Positions 15,285 to 25,362 of a stretch of 32,000 nucleotides of DNA are shown in pieces. A program made the translations under genes and the position numbers. How positions within the stretch are numbered: position 1 is the stretch's first letter; each line of letters opens with the position of its first letter. Origin of the DNA: Nanopusillaceae archaeon. Lineage in GTDB: Archaea; Nanobdellota; Nanobdellia; Nanobdellales; Nanobdellaceae. The stretch spans positions 16,681-48,680 of the forward strand of contig JAWBIX010000001.1 of assembly GCA_038833255.1 (NCBI GenBank). The letters are read 5' to 3'. Below the pieces are notes generated by a model. That model made no database searches and had not been told where the DNA came from. It saw only the letters and a list, made by a program, of their open reading frames with translations.

Positions 15285-17925
15285 CTGTATTATTATTTTT
15301 ATTTTGGCCTTTTAAATTTTCTTTTTTTATTGTCTCGTTCAATACAAATTGCAAATCAATCCTTCCAGATTCTGTCTTTTGTGAAAACATTCCATCACTA
15401 CCATATATAAATTGAATTATTCTTCCTGTAGAATCTCTAACAGTTAAATCATCCCAAACTGCTAATTCATATAAGCTATGGGCTAATCTTCTATACAAAT
15501 ATCCAGACTTTGCTGTTCTAATAGACATATCCATAAGTGCGTCTCTTCCAGGAATTGCATGGAATAGTACTTCCCATGGTTCTAAACCTTTAGAATAACT
15601 TGATATTACCCATCCCTTCACAATTGGATGATCGTAACCTCTTTCAAATATTGTAAAATTCCTTCCCCTATATCCAAACTCTATTAATTTTCCTCTAAAT
15701 GCTTGTTGACCTAAAGAACCAAGTATATTAACTATATCTGTTTCTTTTCCTCTAGCGCCAGTAGCTGCCATAAGATATGTTCCGGTATCTTTTCTGATAT
15801 ACTTTCTTAAAATAGAATTCATAAGTGTAATACTATTTGCAATTTCTTCTTGAGCTAAATCTATATAAACGTCTCTTAAATCTTTTCCAACAACTCTTTC
15901 TAATTCTCCCCTTTTATATTTTTCATATAATTCATCTATTTTTTCTTTTGTTTTTCTTATTATTGCTTGTATTTCTTCTTTTGCTTCCTTTGGAATGTCA
16001 TAATCTGAAATTCCAGAAGAAATTCCATAAAAATATTGATAATAAATTCCTAACATAAATATTTTTTCCATAACTTTTAGAGCTACCTCCTTCCCATAAT
16101 TATTATGAATATATAAAAATAGTTTTCCACTTCCGGCTTTTATTAAATCTGAAGTAATTATTCCAGATTTTAATTCTCCATCAATTATAGAAACGTCCTT
16201 TATTTTTAAGAATAAATCTTCTGGTAAGAATACAGAAAATATTTCTTTTCCAGTTAAATAATTTCTTCCTTCCTTTTTCGCTCTCTCTAAAAATTTTTCA
16301 TATCTTTTAATATCATTTTCGTCAGCTCCAGACATGTAAATAAGCTGTCCTGCAAGATTAATCGGTATTTTAGTATCATCCAAAGTTAATAAATATATAC
16401 CAGTTATTACTTCCTGAACACCTCCAACTATAAACTCTCCGTATCTTGGTGTAACAAGATGATTCGAAAGTTCTAATAATAATTCTGCTTCTGCTCTAGC
16501 TTCTTCACTTTGAGGAACAAATATATTCATTTCATCTCCATCAAAATCTGCATTATAAGGATTACAAACCCCTGGATGTAATCTAAATGTTTTACCATCC
16601 ATAACTCTTACATAATGGCCTTGCCATGAAATTCTATGTAGAGACGGATATCTTCCAAAAATAACAATATCTCCATCCAGTAAATGTCTTTCAACTATCC
16701 ATCCGGGTTCCAACATAGAAGCTAACGTTTCTTTATTTTCTTCAGTTATAGTAATTCTTTTTCCTTCAGGATTTCTTACATAATTTGCACCAGGATATTT
16801 ATCAGGTCCGTTTAAAACCAATTTTTTCAACCATTCAATATTATATTCCGTAACTTTTTCTGGTATAGTTAAAACCTTAGCGATTTCATATGGAACCCCG
16901 ACTTCATTCATTTTTATCTTTGGGTCCGGAGAAATTACGGCTCTCGCACTATAATTAATTCTCTTTCCCAACAAATTATATCTAATTATTCCATATTTTC
17001 CAATAATCCTTTCTACTATTGATTTTATTGGTTTTCCAGATCTATGCATCGCTTTTGGCAAACCAGCAACATTATTATTTATATAAGTGGCAACATGATA
17101 TTGCAATAAATTATAGTGATAGTCTATTATCATTTGCAATGCTCCAGTAGTTATTGCCTCTTTTAATCTTTGATTTATTCTAACTATATCTACTAATTTA
17201 TGTGTTAAATCGTCCTCTGCTCTTTCTCCACTTTCTAATATTATTGATGGTCTTACCGTAACTGGAGGAACAGGTAAAACCGTGAGTATCATCCATTCTG
17301 GCCTTGAATATACTGGATGGAAACCTAAAACAGGCAAATCATCATCTGGAATTTTTTCAAAAATAGATCTTACTTCTGAGGGGTACATAACCCTTTTTAT
17401 TTCTCCTTCTTCAACATAAAAGAAATAAGGTTTTCTAAATTCTATTTTTGGATTATTATATTTACAGTGTGGACAAGTTAATCTTTTTTTAGCTCTAGAA
17501 TAAACATATTTCTTTATAAATTTAAATAATTTTGTCCATCTTTTTTGTTTTCTAAGCTTCTCTATTCTTACTTTTATTTTTTCTATTTCTTCGTTAGTTA
17601 ATTTTACTCTTCCACAGTTAAAACATACTACAGATAATACTTCTTTTATCAAAGGTATAAAGATAATATTAAAGACTGGTTTAGCTAATTCTATATAACC
17701 AAAATGTCCTGGACATTTTCCAGCTGTTTTTCCACACGTTTCACATACCAATCCTGGTTCTATTACTCCCATCCTTGGATCCATTAGCCCTCCTCTTACT
17801 AAAGTTCCATCTTCATCATATAATTCAGGAACTATTATCTTAACTGTTGCAATTTTTCTTATCGTTTCTGGACTTAAAAGTGAATAGAAAATAGAATATA
17901 ATTTTTTAAGAGGAATTTCCGTCAT
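15232..17925 (-). CDS. rpoA1: DNA-directed RNA polymerase subunit A'
   Basis: Zinc motif CETCGK...[17 protein letters not shown], catalytic [10 protein letters not shown], and the bridge-helix region. 897 aa. Confidence 0.95.
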   Translation of the reverse strand: MTEIPLKKLYSIFYSLLSPETIRKIATVKIIVPELYDEDGTLVRGGLMDPRMGVIEPGLVCETCGKTAGKCPGHFGYIELAKPVFNIIFIPLIKEVLSVVCFNCGRVKLTNEEIEKIKVRIEKLRKQKRWTKLFKFIKKYVYSRAKKRLTCPHCKYNNPKIEFRKPYFFYVEEGEIKRVMYPSEVRSIFEKIPDDDLPVLGFHPVYSRPEWMILTVLPVPPVTVRPSIILESGERAEDDLTHKLVDIVRINQRLKEAITTGALQMIIDYHYNLLQYHVATYINNNVAGLPKAMHRSGKPIKSIVERIIGKYGIIRYNLLGKRINYSARAVISPDPKIKMNEVGVPYEIAKVLTIPEKVTEYNIEWLKKLVLNGPDKYPGANYVRNPEGKRITITEENKETLASMLEPGWIVERHLLDGDIVIFGRYPSLHRISWQGHYVRVMDGKTFRLHPGVCNPYNADFDGDEMNIFVPQSEEARAEAELLLELSNHLVTPRYGEFIVGGVQEVITGIYLLTLDDTKIPINLAGQLIYMSGADENDIKRYEKFLERAKKEGRNYLTGKEIFSVFLPEDLFLKIKDVSIIDGELKSGIITSDLIKAGSGKLFLYIHNNYGKEVALKVMEKIFMLGIYYQYFYGISSGISDYDIPKEAKEEIQAIIRKTKEKIDELYEKYKRGELERVVGKDLRDVYIDLAQEEIANSITLMNSILRKYIRKDTGTYLMAATGARGKETDIVNILGSLGQQAFRGKLIEFGYRGRNFTIFERGYDHPIVKGWVISSYSKGLEPWEVLFHAIPGRDALMDMSIRTAKSGYLYRRLAHSLYELAVWDDLTVRDSTGRIIQFIYGSDGMFSQKTESGRIDLQFVLNETIKKENLKGQNKNNNTDGHRSSEKTKRRSRRSK

Positions 17926-19730
17926 TTTTCAAATTTATATTTCAATTTAAATCTTGGCCATATTCCAATACTTATTAGTTGTCTAATTAACAAAAGAAAT
18001 GCGTAGGAGGTTTTAATTTTTGATATCTTTTCTGTTTCACCACATAGAGGACAATATAATCTATGTTTTATATCATCTTCTATAGCAACAGAACCACAAG
18101 TTTCACATATTGGTACAATAACGTCATCTGAAGACATTGCTTCTCTTAATAATAAAGAAGCTCCATGGGCTGCTAAAACTTCACTTTCCATTTCTCCATA
18201 TCTCAATCCTCCCTCCTTTGATCTTCCTTCCGTTGGTTGCCTTGTTAATAGTGTAACTGGTCCTAATGCTCTCGCATGTAATTTGTTTGCTGCCATAAAT
18301 TTCAATCGTAGATAATAAACAGATCCTATATATATTTTCACTTTAAACTCATCCCCTGTAAGAGGATTATACATTGTTTCTTCTCCACTTTCCATGAAAC
18401 CTAATTCTAAAAGTGTTTTTCTCAAATCTTCTTCCTTCTCTCCATACCATGGGGTTCCATCTATATATCTTCCTGTTAATGCACCAACTTTACCTGCTAA
18501 TAATTCTAACAATAGACCAATAGTCATTCTTGCAGGAATACCAAAAGGTGAGAAAATTATATCTGGTTTTAATCCTGAAGCTGTCCAAGGCATATCAGAT
18601 TCATCTACTATCATTCCAATAACCCCTTTTTGTCCATGTCTAACTGAAAATTTATCACCCAATTCTGGAATTCTTATATCTCTCAGTCTTATTTTGATTA
18701 ACATATTTCCGGAAGGAGACTCTGTTATTACTACACTGTCTACATATCCTTTTTCTTCAAATCTTACCATTAAAGAGGTATCTTTCTTAACCATTGTTGG
18801 AGCTGAAAATTCTGAAGATAAACTTAAGAATTTGGGAGGAGATACTTTACCAACCAAAACGTCGTATTCATTTGCAAAAGCCTCTACATAAACAATTCCG
18901 TCTTCTTCTAATAGTTTGTATTTGTCTCTACCTTTGTATAAGTATGTATCTGGATCTGGTATTGTAATTTCATCCTGAAGTCCACCCGGATATTTTAATC
19001 TTTCTATTTCATAAGTTCTAAAATAAGATGATCTGTATAGTCCTCTCTCTATTGATGCTCTGTTAAATATTATTGCATCATCCATATTATATCCTTCTTG
19101 AGTCATTACAGCAATTACAACATTTTGCCCAATTATATCTGCATCTTTGAATATTTCATGAGAAAAAGTTCTAACTATTGGTTGCTGTGGATAGTATGCT
19201 ACCGATATATCTGTATCATATCTTTGCCAGAAGTTATTCAAATATACGGAATGTGCCTGTTTTTGTGTTCTTATACCTCTATTTAATCTTGCGGATTGGT
19301 TATGATTTGAATATGGAGATAAGGAAGTTAATATTCCAAAAATTACTAATGGTGATATTTCGAGATGTGTATGCTTTTCCGTTACTTCCTCGGGTTTGAG
19401 TGCAACATATAAGTTTTCTTCTTCTGCAGGATCTACCCATTCTATAATTCCTTCTTTTTCTAAGTCAGACCATTTTATTTCTCCTTTCTTTAATTTTTCT
19501 ATATGCTCTTCAGTTAAAAGTGGTTTTCCATTCTTTACAACAATTAAAGGCCTTAATATTCTTCCTTTTCTAGTATTTATTTCAATTATATTTCTTACAT
19601 CATCGTAATAAATATTTGCAAATTTTGGTAGTTGTCCTTTTGCCCTTAAGTCTTTAAACTTTTTTATAAAATCTTCCGGATCTTCTACATATCCAACAAA
19701 TACGGAGTTTATATAAACTTCAACGGCCAT
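17922..19730 (-). CDS. rpoB1: DNA-directed RNA polymerase subunit B' (C-terminal half of split subunit B)
   Basis: GDKFSVRHGQKGVIG, PFGIPARMTIG, TRQPTEGRSKEGGLRYGEME and a C-terminal zinc ribbon CETCG...CPLCG. Confidence 0.95.
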   Translation of the reverse strand: MAVEVYINSVFVGYVEDPEDFIKKFKDLRAKGQLPKFANIYYDDVRNIIEINTRKGRILRPLIVVKNGKPLLTEEHIEKLKKGEIKWSDLEKEGIIEWVDPAEEENLYVALKPEEVTEKHTHLEISPLVIFGILTSLSPYSNHNQSARLNRGIRTQKQAHSVYLNNFWQRYDTDISVAYYPQQPIVRTFSHEIFKDADIIGQNVVIAVMTQEGYNMDDAIIFNRASIERGLYRSSYFRTYEIERLKYPGGLQDEITIPDPDTYLYKGRDKYKLLEEDGIVYVEAFANEYDVLVGKVSPPKFLSLSSEFSAPTMVKKDTSLMVRFEEKGYVDSVVITESPSGNMLIKIRLRDIRIPELGDKFSVRHGQKGVIGMIVDESDMPWTASGLKPDIIFSPFGIPARMTIGLLLELLAGKVGALTGRYIDGTPWYGEKEEDLRKTLLELGFMESGEETMYNPLTGDEFKVKIYIGSVYYLRLKFMAANKLHARALGPVTLLTRQPTEGRSKEGGLRYGEMESEVLAAHGASLLLREAMSSDDVIVPICETCGSVAIEDDIKHRLYCPLCGETEKISKIKTSYAFLLLIRQLISIGIWPRFKLKYKFEK

Positions 19731-19731
19731 T

Positions 19732-21222
19732 TTATATTACTGATTTTAAACCAATCTTTTTTAAAACTTCAACTAATTCATTCATATCTACTTCTTCAAA
19801 ACTTATTTTTGCTAGTATAGTTAAGTTTTTTCTTAATCCAGTTGTTTTTGACTCTGGTGTTTCAATAGGATCTAATCTTCCCCAATGTGTTCCATGGACC
19901 ATTCTAGCCTCAAGAAGCTCTGCCTCTTCTTCTATTGATGACCAAACTCTAGTTAAGTGAGATAAAACAGCCAATTTATTTGATCTATCTAAAGTCTGAG
20001 AAACTCCAACTCTTTTTCTTGTCCAAGTTCCCGTCCCCATTGCAGATTCAAATCTCTCAGTAAATATTTTTGATCTAAATATAGACACATAAGAGGGAAT
20101 TTTTCCTCTTCTAACCAATCTATCATACTGATATAATGCATCATTTATAACTGTTCTTATAACAACTCTAAATAATTCTCTCAAAAGTTCTCCCGGAGTT
20201 CTTACTATTTTATTCATAAAGTGATCTTTTACATCTTCTTCTATTTTTCCATGAACTAAAAGTAAAATTTTTCTAGCCATCTTACATAAATTATATGCCT
20301 TTAATAGATTATATGAAGGGTCTGTTCCTATATTTGGAAGTAGTTTCGTACTTAGTATTCCTTTCATTTTTTCAATTTTTATTTCATCTGACCCCGTTAG
20401 TCTTAAAATTGTTGCAAGTTTAAGCAGAGCTTCTCTAGAATCTTTAATATCGGAAAATTCTAACAAATTAATATATGTTTCCTCAAAATTGTCATCTTCA
20501 TTTATAAATTTGGCAATTTCTACATCTTTTTCTAAGCCTAAAGCTTTAATAACTAAAATAAGAGGAACTCTTTTATATCTTTCAAAATTTAAATATAACA
20601 TTCCATCTTTTGTTAATTCTATATGATGTGGATATTGTGCCGTTATAGATTCTGCAAGTAAAAATCCTTTAGCCTTTAAAGGTGATGATTCTAATTGAAC
20701 ATAAAATCTATTAGTTGATAATTCTTCAGATAAAACTAACACTCTTTCTGTTCCGTTTATTATAAAATATCCACCAAAATCTTTTGGATCTTCTCCAACT
20801 TTTATTAATTCCTCTTCAGATAAACCATAAGTATTACAATACTTTGATCTGACCATTATTGGAAGTCTACCTATGTTTACAGTGTATCTTCCTCTTAAAG
20901 ATTTGTCTTCATAAACTTCAAATTCTACATAAACGGGACCAGAATATGTTATATTTCTTATTCTTGCTTCATTTGGATATATAATTCTTGATATTCCTTC
21001 TTTTTCTACATAATCTGCTTTTCCTAACCATGCTCTCTCAAATTTAAATTTTATTTCTGTTATTCCTGGCTGTGTAATTCTTGGAGAAACCTCTCCTATT
21101 TCTCTAACAATTTTTGTCATCTCAACATCTGCAAAATAATCAAAAGATTTTATTAAAGTATCTAAAATGCTATTTTCCTCATAATACTTATATATAAGAA
21201 GATATTTATCTGACATAGACAT
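19732..21222 (-). CDS. rpoB2: DNA-directed RNA polymerase subunit B'' (N-terminal half of split subunit B)
   Basis: NEARIRNITYSGPVYV, GRLPIMVRS, GGYFIINGTERVLV and the terminal ...GLRKNL block. It ends 1 nt before the B' start. Confidence 0.95.
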   Translation of the reverse strand: MSMSDKYLLIYKYYEENSILDTLIKSFDYFADVEMTKIVREIGEVSPRITQPGITEIKFKFERAWLGKADYVEKEGISRIIYPNEARIRNITYSGPVYVEFEVYEDKSLRGRYTVNIGRLPIMVRSKYCNTYGLSEEELIKVGEDPKDFGGYFIINGTERVLVLSEELSTNRFYVQLESSPLKAKGFLLAESITAQYPHHIELTKDGMLYLNFERYKRVPLILVIKALGLEKDVEIAKFINEDDNFEETYINLLEFSDIKDSREALLKLATILRLTGSDEIKIEKMKGILSTKLLPNIGTDPSYNLLKAYNLCKMARKILLLVHGKIEEDVKDHFMNKIVRTPGELLRELFRVVIRTVINDALYQYDRLVRRGKIPSYVSIFRSKIFTERFESAMGTGTWTRKRVGVSQTLDRSNKLAVLSHLTRVWSSIEEEAELLEARMVHGTHWGRLDPIETPESKTTGLRKNLTILAKISFEEVDMNELVEVLKKIGLKSVI

Positions 21223-21252
21223 TTTCTAATATATCTAATTAATACTTAAAAG

Positions 21253-21552
21253 TTATTCTTCAACAACAACACGATAGTATATTGTTTCTCCAGCTATTGG
21301 ATCTTTACGTATTATTTTAACTATATCTCCTGGTTTTGGTTTCAATTTAATTATTGCTGGATCATTTATACGTATTCTGGGTAAATCTTCTAATTTAACT
21401 TTATATCTTTCCAAAAGTTGCTTTTTTTCCTCTTCTGATAATATTTCATGCTTAGGTACTAGTTCGTGTTGTGTTATGTCTATCTCTTCCAAACTCCTAA
21501 GTTTTTTTTCTTTAGAGACTTTTGCTTTTTTAGAAGTTTTCTTTTTAGGCAT
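21253..21552 (-). CDS. rpoH: DNA-directed RNA polymerase subunit H (Rpb5 homologue)
   Basis: HELVPKHEILSEEEKKQLLERYKVKLEDLPRIRINDPAIIKLKPKPGDIVKIIR...YYRVVV is the canonical RpoH sequence pattern. Confidence 0.9.
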   Translation of the reverse strand: MPKKKTSKKAKVSKEKKLRSLEEIDITQHELVPKHEILSEEEKKQLLERYKVKLEDLPRIRINDPAIIKLKPKPGDIVKIIRKDPIAGETIYYRVVVEE

Positions 21553-21573
21553 TTTAATTTTAATTAAACAAAA

Positions 21574-21581
21574 TTTATTAA
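21574..21581. promoter_or_regulatory. Single TATA-like element positioned to serve both rpoH (minus) and the ATP-grasp gene (plus)
   Basis: TTTATTAA reads TTAATAAA on the other strand. Its centre is 26.5 nt from the plus ATG (21604) and 25.5 nt from the minus ATG (21552) within a 51-nt spacer. Confidence 0.4.
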
Positions 21582-21603
21582 GCTTTTTAGGGATTGTTAG
21601 AGT

Positions 21604-22443
21604 ATGATAACAATACTTTATGCTGGAAATAAAAATGAATATGAAAATAAAAGATTATTTGAAGAAGCAAAAAATTTTAACAATGTTGAAATAAAAAATG
21701 CTCTAAATTTAATTTATCCACCGAAAATAGAAGATTTTAAAGATACTAAAGTTTTTTATTTTTATAGAAGCATTGGAAAATCTGGTATAGCAAATATTGA
21801 AATACTAGCAGATTTTCTAGAAAGTAATGGTGTTAGAATAGTAAATAGAGTGATAAAAAATTATAGATTGATGAGAAAAACAGTATTTTATTATCATTTA
21901 GTTAAAAATAAAATAAGAACACCGAAAATTATGAAAATTTATAGTAAAAAGCAAATTGAGGAATTAATCACACTGGGATTTCCAATAGTTGCCAAATTTG
22001 ATTTTATTCATAGGGGAGAAGGAGTATATTTGATAGAAAATAAAGAAGAATTAGAGGAATTTGTTAAAAAAAATAAAAAAAAGCTAAAATATATCGTATT
22101 TCAAGAATTTATACCATATGAAAAGGATGTAAGAGTAATAACTGTAGGAAAACCAATAGGTGGAATGGAAAGAATAAATCCTAATTCTTTTAAAGCAAAT
22201 ATTGCTATGGGCGGATATGGTGTAGAATTTAAAATAGATTCTGAAATCTTAGAAATATCTAAAAAATTGTCTAAGATATTTGACATGGAAATTTTTGCAT
22301 TCGATTTGTTAATAAAAAATAACTTTAAATATGTTATAGATATCCATGTTATTTTTAGATTCAAAGGATTTGAAAAGTATACAGGAAAAAATGTAGCTAG
22401 AGCTATTTTAGAATATTTAGATGATATTCACAGTAACTGCTAA
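21604..22443 (+). CDS. ATP-grasp ligase, RimK/LysX/MptN-like (alpha-L-glutamate ligase family)
   Basis: PIVAKFDF.HRGEGVYLIENKEE, VFQEFIPYEKDVRVITVG, NIAMGGYG and FAFDLL are ATP-grasp (RimK family) blocks. Confidence 0.7.
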   Translation: MITILYAGNKNEYENKRLFEEAKNFNNVEIKNALNLIYPPKIEDFKDTKVFYFYRSIGKSGIANIEILADFLESNGVRIVNRVIKNYRLMRKTVFYYHLVKNKIRTPKIMKIYSKKQIEELITLGFPIVAKFDFIHRGEGVYLIENKEELEEFVKKNKKKLKYIVFQEFIPYEKDVRVITVGKPIGGMERINPNSFKANIAMGGYGVEFKIDSEILEISKKLSKIFDMEIFAFDLLIKNNFKYVIDIHVIFRFKGFEKYTGKNVARAILEYLDDIHSNC

Positions 22444-22834
22444 AGGTCATAAACTAATTTCTGCAAAACACAAATCTACTTTAGAAATAACAAAAGAAAA
22501 TTATTTAACAGAAAAAGGCGACTGTATTATTGGTATCTCTTCAAATTTTTCTGCATCCGAATTTCCAGATTGGTTAAAAGAATATTTAAAAAACGAAAAT
22601 AAAATTATCATAGAAATTGAATGTGAAAATTTAAAAGATAAAATTATAGCTATGGGTTCAAAGTATTTGACCTTTAAAGATAATAAATCTTTTGTAATAA
22701 GAAAAAGCAATTATATAGATGACAGAACTGTAGCTATAAAGGCAAATAAAGCCGCAAGAGATATTGATAGAAGAATAATAGATCTTTTAAAATTGGAAAA
22801 AGAAATAAAAATTATTTTTAAAATATTTAAATAG
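22421..22834 (+). CDS. Small conserved archaeal protein, DUF371-like (tentative)
   Basis: FTVTAKGHKLISAKHKSTLEITKENYLTEKGDCIIGISS resembles my recollection of the DUF371 N-terminal pattern (GHENI.A.HKTT.E.TK...LT..GDCI.GV). Overlaps the ATP-grasp gene by 23 nt. Confidence 0.4.
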   Translation: MIFTVTAKGHKLISAKHKSTLEITKENYLTEKGDCIIGISSNFSASEFPDWLKEYLKNENKIIIEIECENLKDKIIAMGSKYLTFKDNKSFVIRKSNYIDDRTVAIKANKAARDIDRRIIDLLKLEKEIKIIFKIFK

Positions 22835-23840
22835 CTTTATCTAAAAATCTTAATCTTTTTGAGATCGGTGGATGTGTTTGAAATATTTCTAAATAATTAC
22901 TTTCCTCTAAAGATTTGATTCTTTCAATATCTTCCTCACTTACACTTATAAATGGATTCGCTAAAGCGTATATAAATAAGGTACTCATAGGATTATTCTT
23001 TACATTTAAAAGATAATCTTTATTTGACTTATAGTATAGGTATATTTTTGCCAATGCTTTTTGCATATCTATTTTTGAAGTTGCTTTAGCACCAACAAGA
23101 TCTGCATAGTATTCTCTTAATCTACTAAAAGCAAGAACTAATATTTGAACTAAGAAAGATAAAAGCACCAATAACAAACCGCCAAAGATTGTTATTAACC
23201 ATAAACCATTGCTTTTTCTATTTCTAGAAAATATTGAAGATCTCATAATTATAACACCGAGATAATATATTATTGTTGGTAAAAGACCAAATAAAATCAT
23301 TAATATAGAATCTTTATGTTTATGATGACCTATTTCATGTCCTATAACTGCCTCTAATTCTTTTTCATCTAAAAATTTAATTAAAGACTCTGTAACAGCT
23401 ACTCTTTTACCAGATATTATGTTTCCATATGCAAATGCATTCGGTGGTCCTTTTGCAACTAAGGCTGTTATTTTTCCTTTATAACCAAGTCTAGATTTCA
23501 CTCTATCAACAATACTCTGTAAATAATCATCTTTTCTTGCAAAGAAAGATAAATCTATAATCCATGGGGAAAATAGATAAATTAAAAGATTTGTAATTAT
23601 TGTAAAAATTAAAACTATTGGTAGAATATAAGTTAAATCTTCTCCAAGAAAATAAAAAGCTAAGCCTATAGATAAAGAAAAAACCATTATAACTACTATT
23701 GGAAGTATGATCATTGAGGTATACAATGAAATCTTGCCAGAAAGTTTATTTGCTACTTTAGGTCCTATAATAGAGGCTAATATAAAAAATATTATATATC
23801 CTAGACTTGCTATAAAAAGATAGGTAAAAAGAGGTATCAT
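22827..23840 (-). CDS. htpX: Zinc metalloprotease HtpX homologue (peptidase M48)
   Basis: N-terminal TM helices, PNAFAYG, HEIGHHKHKD (HExxH), further TM helices, and REYYADLVGA. Confidence 0.85.
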   Translation of the reverse strand: MIPLFTYLFIASLGYIIFFILASIIGPKVANKLSGKISLYTSMIILPIVVIMVFSLSIGLAFYFLGEDLTYILPIVLIFTIITNLLIYLFSPWIIDLSFFARKDDYLQSIVDRVKSRLGYKGKITALVAKGPPNAFAYGNIISGKRVAVTESLIKFLDEKELEAVIGHEIGHHKHKDSILMILFGLLPTIIYYLGVIIMRSSIFSRNRKSNGLWLITIFGGLLLVLLSFLVQILVLAFSRLREYYADLVGAKATSKIDMQKALAKIYLYYKSNKDYLLNVKNNPMSTLFIYALANPFISVSEEDIERIKSLEESNYLEIFQTHPPISKRLRFLDKAI

Positions 23841-23864
23841 AGAGAATAATATACCTCAATAATT

Positions 23865-24698
23865 TTATAAATTTATTTTATTATTAACTATTGAAATTGT
23901 TTCTAGAATAATTTTTGCAGATAGATTTTCACAAAATTCATTTGAATATAATTCTACAATGTCTAATCCTAAAATATCTGAATTTATGTTTTTTAATATT
24001 TTAAAATAATGATATGGTCTTATCCCAAACGGCTCAACCCAATGTCCACATCCACAATCAAATACATCTAGATCTATGGAAATGTATGTCTTTTTATTTT
24101 TTAATATTTCTGATATTTCCTCTACTACTTTAGAAATGTTATCCCACAGTTCAAATGGAGTATAATATTTTATTTTCCAATTTTTTAAAATCTCCTTTTC
24201 TTCAAAAGATAAATTAGAAATTCCCAACATTATTATATTATCTGGTTTTATATATTCCTCTTTTATTAAGTAATATATAAAACTTTGATAATTTACATAT
24301 GGATCCGGATGTATATCTGGGTGAGCATCAAAAAACAATAAATAGAAATCGTCCCAATTTTCTTTTATTAATTTCAAAATCGGATATGTTATTGAATGGT
24401 CTCCACCTAAAAATACATATTTTTTTTCTTTTGAATATATTTTATTTAATTCTTGATATATTTTTTCATATATTTCCTCCAAATTTTTTATATCCTCTAA
24501 ATTTAAATCTCCATAATCAAATATTTCTTTAGTATTTATATCTCCAAAAATTGTGGAAAAAATTCGATAAGATGCTTCTCTAATAGCTTCTGGAGCTTTT
24601 AAATAATCTTTTATAGGAGATAAACTTCCAATTTCTGAGGGAATTCCTACAATTATCCATTTGGATTTTTCAAAATTCCCTTCAGCATGAGCAAACAT
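23865..24698 (-). CDS. speB: Agmatinase / arginase-family ureohydrolase
   Basis: LGGDHSITYPILK, FDAHPDIHP and SIDLDVFD are the Mn-binding motifs of the arginase/agmatinase family. Substrate is not determinable from sequence. Confidence 0.7.
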   Translation of the reverse strand: MFAHAEGNFEKSKWIIVGIPSEIGSLSPIKDYLKAPEAIREASYRIFSTIFGDINTKEIFDYGDLNLEDIKNLEEIYEKIYQELNKIYSKEKKYVFLGGDHSITYPILKLIKENWDDFYLLFFDAHPDIHPDPYVNYQSFIYYLIKEEYIKPDNIIMLGISNLSFEEKEILKNWKIKYYTPFELWDNISKVVEEISEILKNKKTYISIDLDVFDCGCGHWVEPFGIRPYHYFKILKNINSDILGLDIVELYSNEFCENLSAKIILETISIVNNKINL

Positions 24699-24730
24699 TT
24701 AATTTATTATTAAACAATATATTTAAATGT
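24694..24730. promoter_or_regulatory. Mirror-symmetric bidirectional promoter (agmatinase / udg) with crossed TATA boxes in a 28-nt spacer
   Basis: ACATTTAATT (24695-24704) versus the reverse complement of 24721-24730, ACATTTAAAT (9/10). The CAT/ATG start codons are part of the repeat arms. Each TTTAA(T/A) begins 29 nt upstream of the opposite-side ATG. Confidence 0.5.
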
Positions 24731-25362
24731 CTATAAAAGAAAGGATTGAGGAAATAGCAAATCAAATTAAAAATTGTAAAAAATGTCAATTATATAAATC
24801 AAAAACAAACTATGTTCCTGGAGAAGGAAATCCCGAAAGTAAAATAATTTTTATTGGAGAAGCTCCGGGTTCTGAAGAAGATAAACAAGGAAGACCTTTT
24901 GTTGGAAAAGCTGGAAAATACTTAACTGAACAAATAGAGAAGATATTAAAAATAAGAAGAGAAGATATTTATATAACAAATTTAATAAAATGTAGACCAC
25001 CAAATAATAGAGATCCAAAAGAAGAAGAAATAAAAAGTTGTTCAGAATGGTTAATAAAACAAATTGAAGAAATTAAACCAGATTTAATAGTGACTTTAGG
25101 TAGATATTCAACAAAATTTATAATGGAATATTTTGGATTAAATTTTACAAATATATTAAAAGAAAGAGGGAATATATATATTGTAAAAAGGTGGAATAAG
25201 GAAATATATATTATACCAACTTTACATCCTGCAGCAGTATTGTATCATGCTAATTGGAAAGATTTATTTGAAAAAGATTTTGAAAAAATAAAAGAAATTT
25301 TAGAAAATAAAAAAATTAAAAAACAAACAATATTAGAATATTTTAATATGAAGAAAAATTAG
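24727..25362 (+). CDS. udg: Uracil-DNA glycosylase, family 4 (Fe-S, thermophile type)
   Basis: CKKCQL, VPGEGNPESKIIFIGEAPGSEEDKQGRPFVGKAGKYL, NLIKCRPPNNRDP...C, and HPAA. Confidence 0.85.
   Translation: MSIKERIEEIANQIKNCKKCQLYKSKTNYVPGEGNPESKIIFIGEAPGSEEDKQGRPFVGKAGKYLTEQIEKILKIRREDIYITNLIKCRPPNNRDPKEEEIKSCSEWLIKQIEEIKPDLIVTLGRYSTKFIMEYFGLNFTNILKERGNIYIVKRWNKEIYIIPTLHPAAVLYHANWKDLFEKDFEKIKEILENKKIKKQTILEYFNMKKN

Noticed and set aside
18394-18891. Long plus-strand ORFs antisense to RNA polymerase genes (18394-18891, 19098-19608 group, 14671-15060, 15837-16058) and to nrdJ (7376-7639)
   Set aside because: They lie opposite unmistakable, highly conserved CDSs and translate to low-complexity Ser/Phe/Leu/Ile-rich sequence. 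They are compositional artefacts of AT-rich DNA.
22101-22710. Minus-strand ORFs 22101-22364 and 22501-22710, plus-strand 24299-24532, 25702-25902 and 25933-26127, and minus-strand 26441-26653 and 27550-27774
   Set aside because: All are antisense to better-supported genes (ATP-grasp, DUF371-like, agmatinase, S27ae, S24e, thrS). Their translations are Ile/Phe/Leu/Lys low-complexity.
23322-23328. AUGAUGA on the plus strand inside htpX
   Set aside because: The sequence 12 nt downstream is CCUA rather than CUGA, and no second box pair is present. It is the antisense of the HHKHK codons next to the HExxH motif.
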